Notes under the pieces: model-generated
Seen by the model: only the letters and a program-made list of their open reading frames with translations
Told to the model about the DNA's origin: nothing
The model's database searches: none
Shown here: one piece after another, positions 28,451-32,000 of the stretch
Numbering within the stretch: the stretch's first letter is position 1
Layout: each line of letters opens with the position of its first letter
Translations under genes and position numbers: made by a program
Source: Candidatus Saccharimonadota bacterium
GTDB lineage: Bacteria; Patescibacteriota; Gracilibacteria; BD1-5; UBA2023
DNA length: 32,000 nucleotides
Direction of reading: 5' to 3'
Assembly: GCA_046350815.1 (NCBI GenBank)
Contig: JAXLZO010000001.1
Span: 60,001-92,000 of the forward strand

Positions 28451-29204
28451 TGGTATAGCACTTGAAATCAAGCTTGCGCCTCCACACTACGAATTTTTTA
28501 CATTTCTCGGTGGCACCCTCGGAGCTCTCGTAAGTGGAGTCATCGGAGCTATTCTTTCTTTTGTGGTATTTGGAGTATTTATCTCTAAAATAGGAGTTGA
28601 AAATGGTGCAGGGATTCTCACCTACTTCATACCACTTTTTGGTTTCCTGATCGTTTGTATTACCCTCTCGATTAATCGTCTGATTGCACGGGGCTTTCTT
28701 TGACTTACTCATGTATGATGATGAGAAAATGGAGTAAAGTATATACTCTTATCTGGACTCTTTGTTGCCATTGCAACTATTCCCTTTTACTTAGCACTCT
28801 CATTTATTGAGACTATTCCTGTGACACTTATATTCGCACTTCATGTACTTCTTCAAGTATTTGTCACGGAACTAGTAACAGGTATTCTTGGGAATTATCG
28901 ATATGTTCTTCTTATTGTTGGATCTAGTATTATCTGATTGATGGTATCAGCTGGCGTTCTTCTCATTGTATACAACATCACGAGTGAAACAGACGGAAAC
29001 AAAGAGCTCTATTCGCTCATAGGAGCGATCGTTGTATCAATTATGGGAACTTATACGGGTAAATATTTTCTCGAATATATTTATTCGCTTCTCTATCAAA
29101 TGACTGGGACAGATCCTCTCTCACGCGTGATCGATGATCTCGTCGAAGAAGAACAAAGACAGATACGAGAGAGTCAGGCAAAGCTTACAAGATTTTCATC
29201 CTAA
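28434..29204 (+). CDS. Multi-pass membrane protein (256 aa), unknown function
   Basis: ORFs 28359-28703 and 28938-29204 share a frame. ATG 28434 overlaps the lspA end. Contains the run TGA TGA TGA (GGG). Confidence 0.55.
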
Positions 29205-29209
29205 TATTT

Positions 29210-29758
29210 ATGCACACTATCGTACGAGAAATCATCGAGAAATACCTCGAAACAAAAATACTACCGACCATTGAAAATATCAAGAGCTTTCAAAAAGAGC
29301 TTACTTGGCCGACAGAAAGTAGCATGATATTTGTCACGCTCTACCATGGAGGTGAGATTATTGCAAGTGCTGGTACGATACAACCACGTCACCAAGATCC
29401 AAGGGAAGAGCTCCTGGATTCAACACTATCTGCACTCCGTGATGACCGACTTATGAATGCTATCTCAGAGCCAAATGATCTCAAAACAACACAGATTCGA
29501 GTCGATGTGATCCCACTTTCAAAGAGGCAAGTAATAGCACGAATTACGGATATCGATCCAAAAAATCACGGAGCAATGATTCTCTCACAAAATCACCTCA
29601 AGGCAGCTATTCTCCTTCCAAATATCACGAATATAGCAACCACAAGTGATGAAATCTTCTTTCTACTCACCAAGAAAGCAGGGCTCGATCCCGAAAAAAT
29701 TACTACAGCAGACTATACTCTCTATAGGATTGAGAGCGAGAAATATTCTGATTTTTAA
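29210..29758 (+). CDS. AMMECR1-domain protein
   Basis: MIFVTL..G, LRDDRL, IRVDVIPLS, NHGAMIL and AAILLPNI follow the AMMECR1 pattern. The usual RGCIG Cys is absent. Confidence 0.55.
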   Translation: MHTIVREIIEKYLETKILPTIENIKSFQKELTWPTESSMIFVTLYHGGEIIASAGTIQPRHQDPREELLDSTLSALRDDRLMNAISEPNDLKTTQIRVDVIPLSKRQVIARITDIDPKNHGAMILSQNHLKAAILLPNITNIATTSDEIFFLLTKKAGLDPEKITTADYTLYRIESEKYSDF

Positions 29759-29776
29759 GAATATATCCTGCAAGCT

Positions 29777-30574
29777 ATGCAACTTGAACTTTTTGAAATT
29801 TCTGGAATTCCTATTGGGATCAACTTCTATGGCCTCATGTATGCCCTTACTTTCGGTTGCGGATACTATTTTCTCTCAAGGCAAAATCTCTGGAACCCAC
29901 GAGGACTTGAGAGATCAGTAATATGCCTTATTCTTGGGGTCATACTTGGTGGACGTATCGGATATATCCTCATCTACAATCTTGCCTACTATCTTGAGCA
30001 TCCGCTCAAAATATTTGCCATATACGAAGGAGGAATGAGTTTTCACGGTTGACTCATTGGAGTGATAATTGCAACCTTTTTCATTGCTCGCTGACTTCCA
30101 CAGTCTGATTGGATCAATTATGCAAGGTCATTTCGAGAGAGATTCCTGATACTTATTGACCATCTTGCTTTGATAGCGCCATTTGGGATTGCTCTCGGAA
30201 GATTTGGTAATTATATGAATCATGAGCTCCTTGGAGCAAGTGGCTATACCTGACCACTTGCGGTAGCGATCAATAACATTTCCTATTTTCCATCACCACT
30301 CCTCGAGATGTTACTTGAAGGAATTCTCCTTGGAACCATTATTCTCTGTATATCAATTTTCAAAAAACAAAGACGAAGTGGAACACTTGCTCTTATATTT
30401 GCTATTGGATATAGTATCGCTCGTTTTATTTCCGAATTCTTTCGTGAACCAGATGCACAACTAGGATATCTCCTTGGAGGAATGAGTATGGGACAAATTC
30501 TCTCCATCGTGATGTGTATATTTGGATCTTTATTTCTTCTCTCTTTGATGTATGCGCCGAATCGAAAAAAATAA
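29777..30574 (+). CDS. lgt: Prolipoprotein diacylglyceryl transferase
   Basis: YEGGMSFHG-G-LIGV (TGA at the conserved Gly) and LGRFGNYMNHELLG. Pieces 29777-30052 and 30308-30574 share a frame. Confidence 0.9.
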
Positions 30575-31151
30575 TGCACCTCTCACCAAAATCCTCACTG
30601 TCTCAGCCATTATTGTTACCATGCTCACTACTGCAGAAATTGCAGGTTATAGCAATCTTGGACTCTGGCAATACACTGGAATTCAGTTGAATAATATCAT
30701 AGATACTATCGTTCAAGGTCTTTTTATGCCACTACGTCACGCTGGAGTGCTCCATCTTCTGGGCAATCTCCTATTTCTCTGGTATTTCGGTGGACCAATC
30801 GAGCGATACATCGGTACCTATGGTTATTTTATAGGATATATTCTCACGCTCATTGTGACACTCATTGGACTCTCACTGTTTGCACAATGACCAACTGCTG
30901 GAATGAGTGGATTCTGACTTGCACTTCTCACTTTTCTCGCCATGCATCTGACGAAAATACATTCATCAGAAGCAAAAGGAGCATGGGTATTTGTCGTACT
31001 CAATATTGCCATGGGACTCTTTGGAGGAATATCACTCACAGCTCACCTCTTCGGTGCAATCGGCTGAGTTATGTGGTATCTCGGTTGGAGAGCACTCTGA
31101 TCACCACATACCAGTGAGAATCTTAATCTACCTGGACTTTCGACAAGATAG
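30552..31151 (+). CDS. Rhomboid-family intramembrane serine protease
   Basis: HLLGNLLFLWYFGGPIE, AGMSG-F-G (GxSG) and AHLFGAIGG. Overlaps lgt by 23 nt. Stop TAG 31149-31151. Confidence 0.7.
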
Positions 31152-31188
31152 GATGAATCTTTTAGTTTACTTTGAATAACAAAATACA

Positions 31189-31214
31189 AACCCCCTTATC
31201 GGGGGTTATTTTAT
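31189..31214 (+). terminator. Terminator (AACCCCC-ttatc-GGGGGTT plus T-rich tail)
   Basis: 7-bp GC stem downstream of the rhomboid gene. Confidence 0.7.
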
Positions 31215-31216
31215 CT

Positions 31217-31241
31217 GTCATCCTGAACTTGATTCAACATC
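31217..31241 (+). repeat. Hairpin repeat copy d, 3' arm degenerate (GTCATCCTGAACTTGATTCAACATC)
   Basis: 22 of 25 nt identical to copy a in the opposite orientation. Confidence 0.55.
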
Positions 31242-31248
31242 TTGATTC

Positions 31249-31833
31249 CTACTCAACTGATTTCACCTCTACTTCCAATGTAAGAGACTTTCCGGCAAGG
31301 GGATGTTGTCTCGGATGTGAGAGGACTACAAATTCATCATCAAGAATCTGTTTGATAGTATACTTTTGATTGTTCCAAGTCGTAGTGGCTCAAGTTGCAA
31401 TTTTGTCTGGATCAAACCATTCTTCCATACCGGAAGCATCAGATCGAGTGATCTGTGATCTTCGGACGATATCTTCTTGTTCGGCAGTTCCATATGCTAC
31501 GGATGGATCGAGAAGTACCGATTTTTTGTCTCAGGATTTCATACCAAATAACTGTCGATCAAGCTCCGGGAGTTTGTTGTAAGATCCGAGTTGTTCCTCT
31601 TTTCCGATATGTATCTGTATTCAGAGTTTTTCTTGAACAATAACACCGGAAGAATAGAGACGATAATCGATCATTGCTACGGATCCTGAAGCAATCGCAA
31701 TAAGGGGTTTTGATACTCTATCATCTTTCTGCGACGAGAGAGTCGTTTTCTCCGATGAATTACCACCTGAAAGCGAACAAGAGGCAAGGGCGAGGGCGAT
31801 GATTGTGAGAAGGGTGGTTGTTTTGATATGCAT
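31249..31833 (-). CDS. FKBP-type peptidyl-prolyl isomerase lipoprotein (SlyD/FkpA-like)
   Basis: Lipobox LALASC after MHIKTTTLLTII. C-terminal HPLAGKSLTLEVEVKSVE is typical of FKBP PPIases. Three TGA. Confidence 0.7.
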
Positions 31834-31842
31834 AGTGCAAGA

Positions 31843-32000
31843 TTAATAATTAGCAGTTCATGATATGGTACTTTGAACAGAAGATCAATCATCGTTGTAA
31901 CATGTCAGTGTTGTATTTACAATAGGATTGATGTGGCTTATTGCTACACTATAAGTACCGGTCGTTGCTACATTATTCTGATAACCTGAGAGATTACAAT
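31843..32000 (-). CDS. 3' end of an unidentified gene (5' end outside the window)
   Basis: Table-25 frame reads ...NNVATTGTYSVAISHINPIVNTTLTCYNDDGSSVQSTISGTANY*. Stop TAA 31843-31845 lies 9 nt before the FKBP start. Confidence 0.3.

Noticed and set aside
25396-31241. Copies a and d of the hairpin repeat as terminal inverted repeats of a 5.8-kb mobile element
   Set aside because: The interval contains ordinary housekeeping genes (lspA, lgt, recX-like, GNAT), no transposase and no target duplication. Further copies (b and c) lie inside it. A dispersed REP-like family is the more economical explanation.
1-32000. TGA=Trp (table 4, Mollicutes-type) as the explanation for the fragmented ORFs
   Set aside because: TGA aligns with invariant glycines (P-loops, GxN of HKD, GGMSFHGG of Lgt, GGGN of PyrH). 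TGG is still used at typical Trp positions.
1-32000. CRISPR arrays, rRNA genes, tmRNA or RNase P
   Set aside because: No regularly spaced direct repeats or recognisable conserved RNA motifs were seen by eye. The only RNA gene I can support is tRNA-Cys.

Overview
AT-rich (about one-third G+C by eye) bacterial chromosome segment that only makes sense if TGA is read as glycine. This is NCBI translation table 25, as in Gracilibacteria or Absconditabacteria/SR1-type candidate-phyla bacteria. The supplied standard-code ORF track is therefore fragmented. Same-frame fragments join through TGA codons that sit on invariant Gly positions: Lgt GGMSFHG-G-LIGV, MurE GTK-G-KTT, UMP kinase VIG-G-GNIFRG, PLD HKD SS-G-N, S66 peptidase IA-G-FSDTT, GNAT Q-G-K-G-VG. 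All coordinates below come from my manual table-25 reading anchored on the ORF track. Read this way the window holds about 45 tightly packed genes. Envelope genes: PLD-like, pyruvyl transferase, LD-carboxypeptidase, O-antigen-ligase-like, murE, lspA, lgt, rhomboid, FKBP lipoprotein. Housekeeping genes: pyrH, def, rsmE, dcd, ITPase, recX-like, GNAT, VOC, CYTH, and a fused gamma/alpha 2-oxoacid:ferredoxin oxidoreductase subunit. There is also a PilB/GspE ATPase, tRNA-Cys(GCA) and many hairpin terminators. A complete 753-bp IS1595-family element (15-bp terminal inverted repeats, 7-bp target duplication) splits a small membrane-protein gene. Its transposase uses TGA for half of its glycines. Items worth follow-up: (1) five TGA-free, Shine-Dalgarno-led, GC-elevated monocistronic genes inside a genome whose other genes mostly lack SD motifs, including a ~49% GC 440-aa coiled-coil protein; (2) a 667-aa orphan protein hidden by recoding, 13 nt downstream of pilB; (3) tandem secreted paralogs convergent with a leaderless PG-binding-like protein; (4) a short hairpin repeat family; (5) an unexplained GC-rich intergenic segment. 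No CRISPR array, rRNA, integrase or recognisable defence genes were seen. No function is claimed for the orphan genes.
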